Positions 12,597 to 24,754 are shown, counted from the stretch's first letter. The stretch: DNA of 64,000 nt from Nitrospirales bacterium (GCA_963422365.1 OY729426.1:320001-384000), one strand, 5' to 3'. Notes: generated by a model not told the origin, from the letters alone. Numbers and translations: made by a program.

Positions 12597-14420
12597 TCAA
12601 TCCGTCACTTCGGACAGTTTTTTGCTTTCGAGTGCTTCTTTGAGCGTGGCATCCATTAAGACTTCGGCCAGGTGATGGGTCATTTTTTCCACGTCGGAAA
12701 TCTTGGCCCGAATCAGTCGATGATCTTCCTGATCTCTTGCGAGTCGTAGTTCTTCGATGGCGTTGCGAATGGATTGGATTTCTTCCGTCGCAATCAAATC
12801 CGTTCCCCGTTTCAGCGACTTCTCGGTGGCCATCATGATGGCGTCGGCCTCTGTCTTCGCCTCGATCACCTGACGAGCCTTCATATCCTCCGCCGCAAAT
12901 TGGCATGATTCCCGAATCATGGTTTCGACTTCGTCATCCGTCAGCCCATAGGATGGTTTGACTGCAACGGATTGCGATTCGCCGGTCCGAATATCGGACG
13001 CCGTGACGTTGAGAATGCCATTCGCATCGATCAGAAATGTCACGGCAATACGAGGCACGGCTGCCGGCAACGGCGGGACATTGAGCTGAAATCTGGCCAG
13101 GCTTCTATTGTCTTTCACTAGCTCGCGTTCGCCTTGCAAAATATGAATATCCACAGCGGTTTGGCCATCGACATAGGTGGTAAACATTTCCTTGGCACTC
13201 GTGGGGATGGTCGTATTCCGACGAATCAAGGTGCTCATGACATTGCCCATGGTTTCAATGCCCAAGGACAACGGGGTCACGTCGAGCAAGAGCATGTCTT
13301 TGTTCTCTCCGGCCAGAATGCCGGCTTGGACTGCAGCCCCCAGCGCGACGACTTCATCGGGATTCAGATCACAATGGGGCGTCTTCTCAAAAAGCTCTTG
13401 AACGCGGGATCGAATCAACGGCATCCTGGTGCTGCCGCCGACCAGGACCACTTCGTCGATTTGACCGGTCTCCAATCCCGCATCACTCAATGCGCGGCGA
13501 CAGGGGGTCATGGTTTGTTCGGCCAGGTCCAGGATCAAGGATTCGAATTCATCACGTGACCACGTGCGTTCATAAGTCCCTTTTCCATTGGGAAGGGAAA
13601 AGGCCATAGTAGCCTGCGGCTCATCCGACAATCGGATTTTGGTCTTCTCGGCTTCAAGACGAACGGTTTGCATCAGTTCCAGCGAATCTTCCACTTTGAC
13701 GCCATGCCGAGCATCGACACCCTGTATGACCGCATCGACCAACCGTCGATCGAAATCGTCTCCGCCGAGATGCGTGTTCCCGTTGGTCGCGAGCACCTCG
13801 AAGATGCCATCCTTGAGTTTCAGGATGGAGATATCAAAGGTTCCGCCTCCAAGATCATACACGGCCACGAACCCCTGCGTGTCCTTTTGCAGACCATAGG
13901 CCAACGACGCCGCAGTCGGTTCGTTGATGATGCGCAGCACGTCCAAGCCGGCAATGAGGCCGGCATCTTTCGTCGCTTGTCGCTGGCTGTCATTGAAATA
14001 CGCCGGGACCGTAATGACGGCTTTGGTAATGTCCTCACCCAGATGCGCTTCTGCCCGAAGCTTGAGTTCTTTTAAAATCATGGCGGAGACTTGCGGAGGA
14101 GAGTAGGTTTTCTCTCCGACTTGAATGCGAATCACTCCGCCTTTTTCCTGTAAGGTATACGGGAAATATTTCAATTCTTCCGCCACGTCCGCCACGACTT
14201 TCCCCATGAACCGTTTCACGGAATATATCGTGCGGGACGGATCGCGGACGAGATATTCCTTGGCAGGATCTCCGACCAAGAACCCATTATCCGTGAGGCC
14301 GACGATCGAAGGGACCTTGGCTTGGCCATGTTTTCCGAGTATGACCTGCGGACGGTCACCAGCCATATACGCGACTAATGAATTCGTCGTTCCAAGGTCA
14401 ATGCCGACTATCGGTGCCAT
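12597..14420 (-). CDS. hscA: Fe-S chaperone HscA (Hsp70 family)
   Basis: GIDLGTTNS, DLGGGTFD; isc context. Confidence 0.9.
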   Translation of the reverse strand: MAPIVGIDLGTTNSLVAYMAGDRPQVILGKHGQAKVPSIVGLTDNGFLVGDPAKEYLVRDPSRTIYSVKRFMGKVVADVAEELKYFPYTLQEKGGVIRIQVGEKTYSPPQVSAMILKELKLRAEAHLGEDITKAVITVPAYFNDSQRQATKDAGLIAGLDVLRIINEPTAASLAYGLQKDTQGFVAVYDLGGGTFDISILKLKDGIFEVLATNGNTHLGGDDFDRRLVDAVIQGVDARHGVKVEDSLELMQTVRLEAEKTKIRLSDEPQATMAFSLPNGKGTYERTWSRDEFESLILDLAEQTMTPCRRALSDAGLETGQIDEVVLVGGSTRMPLIRSRVQELFEKTPHCDLNPDEVVALGAAVQAGILAGENKDMLLLDVTPLSLGIETMGNVMSTLIRRNTTIPTSAKEMFTTYVDGQTAVDIHILQGERELVKDNRSLARFQLNVPPLPAAVPRIAVTFLIDANGILNVTASDIRTGESQSVAVKPSYGLTDDEVETMIRESCQFAAEDMKARQVIEAKTEADAIMMATEKSLKRGTDLIATEEIQSIRNAIEELRLARDQEDHRLIRAKISDVEKMTHHLAEVLMDATLKEALESKKLSEVTD

Positions 14421-14443
14421 ACGCTCCTTCCAGATTCGGCTGT

Positions 14444-15172
14444 TTAGCTTGTCGCCGCCGCCAAATCATTCACGATATTCTTCACATACGTGCGGTGCGA
14501 TAAAATTTCCTGCATACCCGTGAGCACCGCGTCCTGTTGCGCCTGAACGGTTGCATCGTCCGCGGCTTCGGTTTGCAGGGCATCCCATCGGCTGAACTGC
14601 TCCAACAGGCGACGTTCCATTTGCGCTTTTCTCGCTTCGAGCGTCCGGCGGTCGGCTTGCAATTTCTTCAGCAGTTCTTGCCGCCGTTCGGCGGACCCCT
14701 CGGAAGGCAGTGACCGAAATTCTTCTAACCCCTCTTGAAGCTCTAAAATTTCATCGAACAGGTCAGCCGGAGGGGAGGTCCGAATATCTTTTGCCGATCC
14801 TGCTTCGAGACGAATGAGGTACTCGGCTCGTTGGACGGGATCTTTCAACGTCCGATACGCCGAGTTCAACAATGCGGTGTTTCCGAGACTGATCGCCTGC
14901 TCACCGTCGTCTTTCGTCACGAAATAGTCAGGATGAAAGCTTCGGCTCAAGGCGTAGAAGGTTTCTTCAAGCGCCTGTTCGTCGAGGGTTAATTTGCGAG
15001 GCAGGTTCAGACAGGTAAAATAGTCGAGTTCCTTGGAAAGCGGTTGTACCTTGACGCACTGACCACAAAAATACTCGCCGGACACTTCAGATTGACAATG
15101 CCAACACATACTGCGGGCCATCGGCAGATCGCGGGTCCGTGCTGAAGCCGGTTGCGGTATGTCCTTGCTCAT
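14444..15172 (-). CDS. hscB: Co-chaperone HscB with N-terminal CxxC...CxxC
   Basis: J-domain HPD motif (SFHPDY), LNSAYRTLKDP. Confidence 0.9.
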   Translation of the reverse strand: MSKDIPQPASARTRDLPMARSMCWHCQSEVSGEYFCGQCVKVQPLSKELDYFTCLNLPRKLTLDEQALEETFYALSRSFHPDYFVTKDDGEQAISLGNTALLNSAYRTLKDPVQRAEYLIRLEAGSAKDIRTSPPADLFDEILELQEGLEEFRSLPSEGSAERRQELLKKLQADRRTLEARKAQMERRLLEQFSRWDALQTEAADDATVQAQQDAVLTGMQEILSHRTYVKNIVNDLAAATS

Positions 15173-15257
15173 TCCATCACTGACGAAGCGGCATGGGAAA
15201 CCTTCACCATGCCCGCAGGGTTCTCTCCCTAATGGTCAAACAACCCGGTTACCTGTC

Positions 15258-15611
15258 TTATGCTGAAAACGATTCTCCGCACCCACAGGTCTTAGACGCG
15301 TTGGGATTCAGAAATTTGAATCCTCCACTGACCATATCTTTTTGATAGTCAAGCTGCATACCATCAAGGTAAATGGCGCTCTTCGCATCGACAATCACTT
15401 TCACGCCGGCCTGCTCGCACACCGTATCGAACTCGCCGATTTTTTCATCAAAATTGACCGTATAACTTAACCCGGAACACCCGCCCCCTTTGACTCCCAA
15501 ACGAAGGGCCCCTTCGGCCAGATCTTGTATATCCATGAGTCGTTTTACTTCAGCAACCGCGGCCTCCGTCAACCTGACGAGGGGGGTCTGAGTGGTTTGT
15601 GTCGTCTCCAT
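15258..15611 (-). CDS. iscA: A-type Fe-S carrier IscA
   Basis: GGGCSGLSY, TCGCGESF. Confidence 0.93.
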   Translation of the reverse strand: METTQTTQTPLVRLTEAAVAEVKRLMDIQDLAEGALRLGVKGGGCSGLSYTVNFDEKIGEFDTVCEQAGVKVIVDAKSAIYLDGMQLDYQKDMVSGGFKFLNPNASKTCGCGESFSA

Positions 15612-15637
15612 TACTTCGCTCCTTGCAATTCCACGTG

Positions 15638-16057
15638 TTAGGCACCGGCCGAAGCGGCTGGTTCTTCGGTTTTCGCTTCGGTGTCCGCTTTCTGTTTGTA
15701 ATCATTCAAGGCGGCTTTAATCGCATCTTCCGCCAACACGGAACAGTGGATTTTGACCGGGGGGAGGTTTAGCTCCTGCACGATCTCGGTATTTTTAATT
15801 TGTCCCGCTTCATCGACGGTTTTACCTTTCAACCACTCCGTTGCCAAACTGGAACTGGCAATGGCCGACCCGCACCCGAAGGTTTTGAATTTCGCATCCA
15901 CGATGGTGTCGTTTTCAACTTTAATTTGCAATTTCATCACGTCACCGCATTCGGGGGCCCCGACAATTCCGGTCCCCACGCCATCTTCCTGTTTCTTGAA
16001 CGATCCCATGTTGCGTGGACTGTTATAATGATCAATCACTTTTTCACTGTATGCCAT
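15638..16057 (-). CDS. iscU: Fe-S scaffold IscU
   Basis: GAPECGDVM, FGCGSAIASSS, LPPVKIHCS. Confidence 0.95.
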   Translation of the reverse strand: MAYSEKVIDHYNSPRNMGSFKKQEDGVGTGIVGAPECGDVMKLQIKVENDTIVDAKFKTFGCGSAIASSSLATEWLKGKTVDEAGQIKNTEIVQELNLPPVKIHCSVLAEDAIKAALNDYKQKADTEAKTEEPAASAGA

Positions 16058-16122
16058 GATACGACCCTCCTTCTCCACAGAAATTTATAACAACGGTATC
16101 TTCGAATAATCTCATGCTCTGC

Positions 16123-17337
16123 CTAATGAGCCGCCCATTGGACTGACTTGAGGTCGACCCCTTCCTTCGCCATTTCATAGAGGGGCGACATTTCGCGAAG
16201 ATGATTGACTGCCTGAATCATCCGAGTAATCGTATATTCCACTTCTTCCGGTGTCGTAAACCGACCGATACCGAATCGAATGGAGGAATGCGCTAAATCG
16301 GACCCGACTCCCAAGGCCCGAAGGACATAGGATGGCTCAAGAGTGGCCGAGGTGCAAGCCGATCCTGACGACAACGCGATTTCTTTGACCCCCATCAATA
16401 AGGCTTCCCCTTCGACATACGCAAAACTGAGATTCAGATTCCCCGGGAGCCGTTCCGTAGGGTGTCCATTGAGATAAACTTCCTCCAAGACAGCCGTGAT
16501 GCCGTCGTGCAGACGATCACGAAGGGCCATCATGCGAATGGACTCCGTCGGCATCTCTTGCACACACAGTTCAATGGCTTTTCCAAACCCGATAATGAGC
16601 GGAACCGGGAGCGTGCCCGATCGCATCCCTCGCTCATGACCGCCGCCGTCGATCATCGGTGACAAGCGGACCCGAGGAGCTTTTCGTCGCACGTACAGTG
16701 CGCCGATGCCTTTGGGTCCGTAAATTTTATGGGCGGTAAAGGACATCAGATCAACTCCCAGTTTCTGAACGTCCACCGGGATTTTCCCGACGCCTTGCGT
16801 GGCGTCACAATGAAAGAGCACGCCCTGTTCCTTCGCAATCTTGCCGATCTCTTGGATGGGATGAATCGTGCCGATTTCATTATTCGCCAGCATGACCGAA
16901 ATCAAAATGGTTTTATCCGTGATGGCCTTCCGCACGTCATCCGGATCGACCCTGCCGGTTTTATCGACAGATAAGTACGTCACCTGTATGCCCTTTTTCT
17001 CCAATGACTTCGCCGGATCGATCACCGCGCGGTGTTCCGTCGAACTGGTGATGATATGATCACCTTTCTCCTTATACATTTCGACCACACCCTTCAGCGC
17101 CAGATTATCGGATTCGGTGGCGCCACTTGTGAACACGATTTCCTTGGCATCGGCATTAATGAGCTTGGCAATATTTTTGCGCACTTGATCCACCGCCTCT
17201 TCGGCTTCCCAGCCGAAGGTATGATTCCGACTCGCGGAATTGCCAAACTTTTCAGTGAAATATGGGAGCATCACATCCACCACACGAGGATCGCAAGGCG
17301 TGGTCGAATGGTTGTCCATATAAATGGGTAACTTCAT
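16123..17337 (-). CDS. iscS: Cysteine desulfurase IscS
   Basis: [26 protein letters not shown]. Confidence 0.95.
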   Translation of the reverse strand: MKLPIYMDNHSTTPCDPRVVDVMLPYFTEKFGNSASRNHTFGWEAEEAVDQVRKNIAKLINADAKEIVFTSGATESDNLALKGVVEMYKEKGDHIITSSTEHRAVIDPAKSLEKKGIQVTYLSVDKTGRVDPDDVRKAITDKTILISVMLANNEIGTIHPIQEIGKIAKEQGVLFHCDATQGVGKIPVDVQKLGVDLMSFTAHKIYGPKGIGALYVRRKAPRVRLSPMIDGGGHERGMRSGTLPVPLIIGFGKAIELCVQEMPTESIRMMALRDRLHDGITAVLEEVYLNGHPTERLPGNLNLSFAYVEGEALLMGVKEIALSSGSACTSATLEPSYVLRALGVGSDLAHSSIRFGIGRFTTPEEVEYTITRMIQAVNHLREMSPLYEMAKEGVDLKSVQWAAH

Positions 17338-17816
17338 GATGGGACTCCTTGTGGCTTTAAAGATTTGACGAGAAGCAGGGGTGTTTCCTCAACTAATAAA
17401 TCTTCAATGGACATGCTGTTCAGCAATTGGAAGATAGTTTCTTGAATTTTGAAAAGCGGAGTTCGAATATTACAGCGGTCCATTTGCTCACACTGGGATT
17501 GATCATTTTTTTCATGAGAACAATCCGTTAATCCCAAGGGACCTTCTATGACTTCCAGCACTTGTGCCATGGTAATGTCTCTGGGTTCACGCCCCAACAC
17601 ATATCCTCCTTTGGGTCCATTATGATGACTTTCGATCAGTTGATGCCTGGCAAGAGTCTGCAGCACTTTCGCCAATAATTCCAAAGGGATATGATGTTCT
17701 TCGGCAATTTCCTTGGTATTCACCACACGTGGGTGGGCATCGATTCCACTTTGAACCGTTGCTATATACTGAAGAGCCAGTAAGGCATAATCAGCTTTTT
17801 TCGAAAGCTTCAGCAC
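17334..17816 (-). CDS. iscR: Rrf2 family regulator (IscR-like)
   Basis: Rrf2 wHTH (GPKGGYVL), three C-terminal Cys; first gene of the isc operon. Confidence 0.8.
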   Translation of the reverse strand: MLKLSKKADYALLALQYIATVQSGIDAHPRVVNTKEIAEEHHIPLELLAKVLQTLARHQLIESHHNGPKGGYVLGREPRDITMAQVLEVIEGPLGLTDCSHEKNDQSQCEQMDRCNIRTPLFKIQETIFQLLNSMSIEDLLVEETPLLLVKSLKPQGVPS

Positions 17817-17849
17817 GACTCCTCACAAAAAAACGTGGAGTAAATACAT

Positions 17850-17941
17850 CTCCGATCAAAACCATCGGAGTAAATCTTATCATTGACATTCATTTGTAGT
17901 CAAGAGTATTGTAATCGGAGATTGAAATAGTCGGAGATTGA
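17850..17941. promoter_or_regulatory. Candidate Rrf2/IscR operator sites in the divergent iscR-fdx intergenic region
   Basis: Dyad CTCCGAT-N7-ATCGGAG (17850-17870) and direct repeat TCGGAGATTGA at 17915 and 17931. Confidence 0.5.
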
Positions 17942-18021
17942 CTCATCTCATGAGTGAGAAATAGTTATCTTATTGAAAATACATCATAATTTTTTAATTT
18001 TTACGGAGAAAAGGAGATTAG

Positions 18022-18435
18022 ATGGGCGGCAGTAATCCATATATCGAACAAGTCGAAGTCAAAGCAGCCACAACCTCTTTCACGGTGACCTTTAATATGC
18101 CTGAGGCAACCCTTGAGGTGCAGGTTGATCCAAGTAAAGTCCCGTATGGACCAACCGGCCAGCCAGGCAGCGTTTTGGACATTGCGATGGGAGCAGGAAT
18201 CGATGTCGAACATGCATGCGGCGGAGTCTGCGCCTGTTCAACCTGTCATGTCATTGTGAAGGAGGGTTTGGATTCCTGCAGTGAAGCCACGGACGATGAA
18301 TTGGACCAGTTGGATGAAGCCCCTGCGATGACGCTGCAATCACGATTAGCCTGCCAATGCGTACCCGATGGATCAACCGAACTCGTAGTCGAAATCCCCG
18401 AATGGAATAAAAACCTGGTGAAGGAAGGGCACTAA
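18022..18435 (+). CDS. fdx: [2Fe-2S] ferredoxin (ISC/adrenodoxin type)
   Basis: HACGGVCACSTCH...SRLACQ. Confidence 0.92.
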   Translation: MGGSNPYIEQVEVKAATTSFTVTFNMPEATLEVQVDPSKVPYGPTGQPGSVLDIAMGAGIDVEHACGGVCACSTCHVIVKEGLDSCSEATDDELDQLDEAPAMTLQSRLACQCVPDGSTELVVEIPEWNKNLVKEGH

Positions 18436-18479
18436 GCGCCTAGCCGATCAGCGTCACCCTCCTCTTCCCCCATTGCCGC

Positions 18480-19093
18480 CCGCCGCACCTTCATAAAGGC
18501 CGCCTACTCCGTAATTTGGGCTATCAAAACAGGTTCATGTCCGTTGCCGAACAACGCCTGTTTCACCAGATTGACTTCGCCCATCCACGTGAACGTGTCG
18601 TGGGATTCTTCCTCCAAGCGTTGCATGCCTGGGAGAATCGACTCCGGTCGTGACAAATCAGGGAAGGTCATCGAGAGCGTCATGTGCATGCTAGGTGGAG
18701 CCTTCGTCACGTCGTTGGCGGCATTGGCGAATCGTTCTTCAGCGTGGGCGTCACCGACGTGCAGGAACGGTCCAAATCGTAAGTACAGGGCGACGACACC
18801 GGAAGCATCTGCCCAATGCCATACATGTTAACGAACAGCACTCCCGTCTTTTCGAGGTAAGAGCTAACTTCCTCGAACGGAAGCACGGGACCTCCAAACG
18901 GACGGAAGTGCAGGTGGGCATCTACGATCGAGGTTTGGGGTTGAAGCGAGCGGTCGTAACATGGAGCGCCATCGGTCCGGAACGTTTCCAACGTCGGCTT
19001 CGAAGCGCAACCGGCAATTCCTACGGCACTGAAGAAAATAAACAGGACAACCGATGTTTTTGGTACGGCATTTTTCATGAAGAGACTCCCCAT
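18480..19093 (-). pseudogene. Disrupted amidohydrolase-family lipoprotein
   Basis: Lipobox-like IAGC, VDAHLH metal motif; reading frame switches near 18715 and ends in a premature stop at 18504. Confidence 0.6.
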
Positions 19094-19303
19094 GTCTGAC
19101 TTTCTTGCCGATATCAGCAAGTTCACCTAAGTAACGAAAGAAATCTACCAAGGAATGCCAGGGTAAACCAGTCCAAAGGAGGCAAACTGGACAAAGATAC
19201 GTTGGGAAGAGACGAGAAGCGTGTTTGCGAACTGAGAGGTGACAGGTTGCACTCTATGAGTGTCGGCGGTGGCGTAGGAACGCTTAACTGAAAGGAAAAC
19301 CCT

Positions 19304-19598
19304 ATGCCTATGAAGAACCCGCTTCACCCAAGCAAAGTGGGACGTGTGTCCTGTCTGGAGCCGCTTGGCCTCAACATCACCGAAGGCGCAAAGGTCCTCG
19401 GCGTCAGTCGCCAGGCACTCTCGAATCTAGTGAACTGTTGCGTTCGCATGTCGACCGAGATGGCGGGTCAGGCTTGCGAAAGTCTTTGGCTCTACGCCGG
19501 AAATCTGGATACGCTTGCAGGCAGCCTACGACATCGCGCAGGCACAAGTGCGTGAGGATGAGATCGAGGTCGATCGCTACGAGCCGCAACCAGTTTGA
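19304..19598 (+). pseudogene. higA: Frameshifted HigA family antitoxin
   Basis: MPMKNPLHP...LGLNITEGAKVLGVSRQALSNLVN...STEMA, continued in another frame by RLAKVFGSTPEIWIRLQAAYD. Confidence 0.8.
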
Positions 19599-19669
19599 AG
19601 CCGTGAGCTAACGATATTGACGGAGAGAATAGATAAGCTGCCCGAAGCGCTCAGGGAAAGTGGATAAGC

Positions 19670-19738
19670 GAGCGAAGCCATCTCGCCAAGCCCCAGCCCC
19701 AACCAGCTCAGATTGTCACGGCCACCTCGCAATGACAA
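19670..19738. repeat. Degenerate palindromic repeat (GCGAAGCxATCT...AGATTG...CTCGCAATGAC type)
   Basis: gcgagcgaagccatctc ... agattgtcacggccacctcgcaatgaca. Confidence 0.5.
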
Positions 19739-20035
19739 TAAAACGACACAACCCCGTGGGGGCAACCCAACCGTTGGCCGGGACTAAACAGCGACGTGAG
19801 CGGAAGCGGCACCAATGCAAGGGGCCGCCGATGATTTGCATTTGAAAGTTTAACTTGCATCATGCAGTATCCCCTTTGGCATCTGACCGGACCACGTCAA
19901 TCTGGAAAGACCATGCCCTGACACGCAACTCGACAATCCCGACGAGACGGTGAGGTTGTGCCGTTGACTGACCTCGTTGTGGTGCTTGAGCGCTTCCAGG
20001 AGAAAATACCTGATGGACGTCTTCCTTTACGTATC

Positions 20036-21871
<1,836 letters not shown>

Positions 21872-21923
21872 ATAGCCCGTAGACCAGCAACTCTTCCAAA
21901 CGACCGCGCCATAGTAGACCGTC

Positions 21924-23330
21924 TTATGGCTGGAGCCTCTCTCGGAACGGCTCTGACTTACGGGCAGTCCTCCATAACTTGCGGGTGAACCTGCGGCCTA
22001 GGCCTCGCTCAATCTCACGCCATTTCCGCTCTTCGTCCGACGTGATGAACGTGACCGCTTCTCCTGAGCGGCCCATGCGGCCAGTCCGTCCGACCCTGTG
22101 CGTGAAAAGTTGTTCCGAGTCCGGCAGGTCATAGTTGATGACTTGGCCAATGCCTTCAACGTCCAAGCCTCGAGCCGCCACATTTGTCGCGACCAAAATC
22201 GGCGCGGCGCCAGAACGGAAGTCTAGCATCACACGCTCACGTGCGTTTTGGCTAAGATTTCCTTGGAGCGCCCCTACCGGATAGCCCAACGTGTCGAGCT
22301 GTCTTGCCAGCTTATTGACGCCGTGCTTGGTCTTACCAAAAACGATAATCGGAGCGCCGTCCCGCTGGTTTAAAAGCGTTTTGAGAGCCTCTATCTTGTC
22401 GCTCTTCTGGATGGTATAGACTAGGTGCTCCACAGTGGGCAGAGCTTGCAGGTCTGCGTCCACTTTCACCGTGACGGGGTTCCGCAGGTATTTCTTCGCG
22501 GTCTTCGCCACCCACTCAGGCATGGTTGCGGAGAGAAGCGCCGTCTGCCGACTGGATGGCGTCTCGCTCAGGATGGCTTCCACATCGTGGGCAAACCCTC
22601 TATCCAGCATTTCGTCCGCTTCATCCAGCACCAAGAATCGCACCGATCTCAGGTCGAGTGTGCCATGCCGTAGATGGTCCAGCGTACGTCCAGGAGTGCC
22701 GATGATGATCTGGGCTCCGTTCCTCAACGCCGTGTGCTCCGGCCTCAACGACCGGCCGCCGTACAGTAACGTCACACGCAGCCGCTGTGATGAAGCCAAG
22801 GCCTTCATGACTCCAGACACCTGAATGGCCAGCTCCCGGGTGGGCACCAGCACAAGCGCCTGGACCTGCAGGACCGACGGTTCACACTGTTCTGCCAGGG
22901 GCACAGCAAACGCCAGCGTCTTTCCGGACCCCGTGCGCGCCTGACCGATCAAGTCCCGTCCCGTTAGGAGATGGGGGATGGACTTTTCTTGAATGGGCGT
23001 AGGCTCTGAGATGTTCATCCGGGAAAGCGCCGCTCTGGTCAAACCCTTCAACGCCATTCCAGGAAACACGGCAGCACCGGCATGGGCGCTATCGGCAGAA
23101 GTATTATTTGCAACAAATGACTCACACACCGGTGTGTCGACCGCAGAGGAAAGACCGTTTCGACGGGCTTTAAAGCACGAGGGGCAGTACACCGCCCTGT
23201 CAGGACTGGGCCGGAAGGGGACGGTTGTCGACATATCGCAATCAGCGCAAACGGCCTGGTGGCGCTGTGTACGGTTAGATGGACGTAGACGGGTTGACGT
23301 TGATAGAGATTGAAAAGGCATAGGGAACAA
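21924..23330 (-). CDS. DEAD-box RNA helicase with N-terminal CxxC-x17-CxxC zinc ribbon
   Basis: PTPIQ, ARTGSGKT, PTRELA, TPGR, DEAD, SAT, ARGLD, HRVGRTGR; N-terminal CADC-17aa-CPSC. Confidence 0.93.
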   Translation of the reverse strand: MFPMPFQSLSTSTRLRPSNRTQRHQAVCADCDMSTTVPFRPSPDRAVYCPSCFKARRNGLSSAVDTPVCESFVANNTSADSAHAGAAVFPGMALKGLTRAALSRMNISEPTPIQEKSIPHLLTGRDLIGQARTGSGKTLAFAVPLAEQCEPSVLQVQALVLVPTRELAIQVSGVMKALASSQRLRVTLLYGGRSLRPEHTALRNGAQIIIGTPGRTLDHLRHGTLDLRSVRFLVLDEADEMLDRGFAHDVEAILSETPSSRQTALLSATMPEWVAKTAKKYLRNPVTVKVDADLQALPTVEHLVYTIQKSDKIEALKTLLNQRDGAPIIVFGKTKHGVNKLARQLDTLGYPVGALQGNLSQNARERVMLDFRSGAAPILVATNVAARGLDVEGIGQVINYDLPDSEQLFTHRVGRTGRMGRSGEAVTFITSDEERKWREIERGLGRRFTRKLWRTARKSEPFRERLQP

Positions 23331-23596
23331 ACTCCTTAGTTATTGGTTATTGAGCATCCATGAGAACCTACCTGGCATTCGCCTACAGGGCACCACAAGG
23401 GTTCACCTCATACCACTCTATGTATCCTGGTCCGCGATCAGCAGGCGGTGACAGCCGTACAGGATTGGCGAAACCTAGCTTTTCTCAAGGTATCGATATT
23501 ATACAGTACCCGCGCCATAGAGCAGGGCGTCGAGCAGGCGGCGGCGGATGTCGCCGGCGGCGAGGGTTACCCTTCGTGGTCTCGCGTTCACTAACA

Positions 23597-23616
23597 AGCC
23601 GCTGAGGTCAGCGGCT
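23597..23616 (-). terminator. Intrinsic terminator downstream of tRNA-Asn
   Basis: 8-bp hairpin AGCCGCTG/CAGCGGCT followed by a short T-rich tail on the minus strand. Confidence 0.55.
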
Positions 23617-23623
23617 ATAAATT

Positions 23624-23981
23624 TGGCTCCTCGGGCAGGACTCGAACCTGCGACCAATCGGTTACGAGTTTCCCAGTATTTCTACCGGACTCGGACTATC
23701 TCATCACCAGCCTGACGAATCAGGTGAGGGTGTCGGGCGCTTGTGAGGTCTTATTGGGTTGGGTTCCTCAACCTCTAGTCTCTGCACGTTCTTGCCTACC
23801 AAGACCCTTCGGCAAGCTTCGATCAGGATTCCCTTTCCGAGTTCGCCACGAACTCGGGGAAGGCTTCCCTGAATTCACCCGATTTTTCAACCACAGTTTC
23901 CTGTGGAAGCTGCAATACGACGTGAATCTTTCGCACGCCTCCCTTTACAGCCGACCGCTCTACCAACTGAGCTACCGAGGA
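23624..23981 (-). tRNA. tRNA-Asn(GTT), split by an intron; exons 23981-23947 and 23664-23624
   Basis: Joined exons give a 76-nt cloverleaf: TCCTCGG acceptor, GCTC D-stem, GTCGG-CTGTTAA-CCGAT anticodon arm, GCAGG-TTCGAGT-CCTGC T arm, discriminator G, CCA. Confidence 0.95.
23665..23946 (-). ncRNA. Group I self-splicing intron (282 nt, no ORF)
   Basis: Follows U and ends in G; IGS GCAGC pairs with exon GCTGT; P2 CCACAG-GAAA-CTGTGG; P3 TCGGGTG/CGCCCGA; P4 TCAGGG/TCCTGA; R element CAGAGACTA and S element AGATAGTCC form P7; P9 CCGGTA-GAAA-TACTGG; P9.0 GAGT/ACTC. Confidence 0.93.
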
Positions 23982-24082
23982 ACACGATCGTTGGCTTCTT
24001 TTCCACCATGGTGGAGTCGGAGCGTGATCATAACATAATTCTGAAATTGAGCAATAGCTCCTGCCGACAACAGTTTCATATA

Positions 24083-24346
24083 CTAAAACTGAAAATCGTC
24101 GGAATCCTCTTCGCCTTCTTCGGCCTCTGCCGCTCCACCTTCGGATAGCGCGACGTAATGCCGCGCCCAAGATAAATAAATGTTGGCGCTGTCTTTCATG
24201 GCATCGGCACCCATGGTCAATTTTTTGGCGACATCGGAATCTCCTCCCATGAGTTCCATTTCCTGGGCACGACTCTCTAATCGGTCATGGAATTGGCTCA
24301 TGTGCAGGGTAATCTCACCCATGAGTTCTCTGAGGTCATCGCTCAT
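24083..24346 (-). CDS. Small acidic hypothetical protein downstream of the oxidoreductase operon
   Basis: Plausible helical ORF with an RBS-like GAAGG upstream. Confidence 0.65.
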   Translation of the reverse strand: MSDDLRELMGEITLHMSQFHDRLESRAQEMELMGGDSDVAKKLTMGADAMKDSANIYLSWARHYVALSEGGAAEAEEGEEDSDDFQF

Positions 24347-24475
24347 GTCCACACCTTCTGTTTCATTCGACTCTTGTGGGAGCTCACTTGAGAAAAAATT
24401 GAGAAAAAATAAAGCCCCACGACAATCAAAAATGATTCTGTCGTAGGGCCCTTAGCTGATACCTGATGTGTAAAA

Positions 24476-24754
24476 CTACCCTTGATAGGCTTGTCCTAAG
24501 CCAGCGGCTTCTCCGGCCTTGTCCATCAAGGAACCATCAGCACTCACCGCCACCATGTCTATTGCCATATGTTTTGCAGCATCGCAAACCACTTTGCACA
24601 GCTCACAGCCCTTACATCGGTTGATGATTACTTCCGCCACCAGTTTTTCAACATTCAGGTCCAAACAATTGGCCTCGGGGCAGTACATGATGCACAACCG
24701 ACACCCTTTTTTGGCGACGCACTTTTCATCCGTCACTTGCGCTACGTTATACAT
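24476..24754 (-). CDS. porE: Five-subunit 2-oxoacid (probably pyruvate):ferredoxin oxidoreductase, epsilon (4Fe-4S) subunit
   Basis: CVAKKGCRLCIMYCP and CKGCELCKVVC. Confidence 0.75.
   Translation of the reverse strand: MYNVAQVTDEKCVAKKGCRLCIMYCPEANCLDLNVEKLVAEVIINRCKGCELCKVVCDAAKHMAIDMVAVSADGSLMDKAGEAAGLGQAYQG

Noticed and set aside
19200..19292. Possible higB toxin relic upstream of higA
   Set aside because: Only a vague LRGDR..S.SV resemblance, too degraded to call.
23590..23620. Integron attC-like start (CTAACAAGCCGCTG)
   Set aside because: No matching GTTRRRY end and no integron integrase; the hairpin is better explained as the tRNA terminator.
23823..24170. Short ORFs overlapping the intron as a homing endonuclease
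   Set aside because: They cross the tRNA exon and structured RNA and show no nuclease motifs; the intron is too short to encode one.
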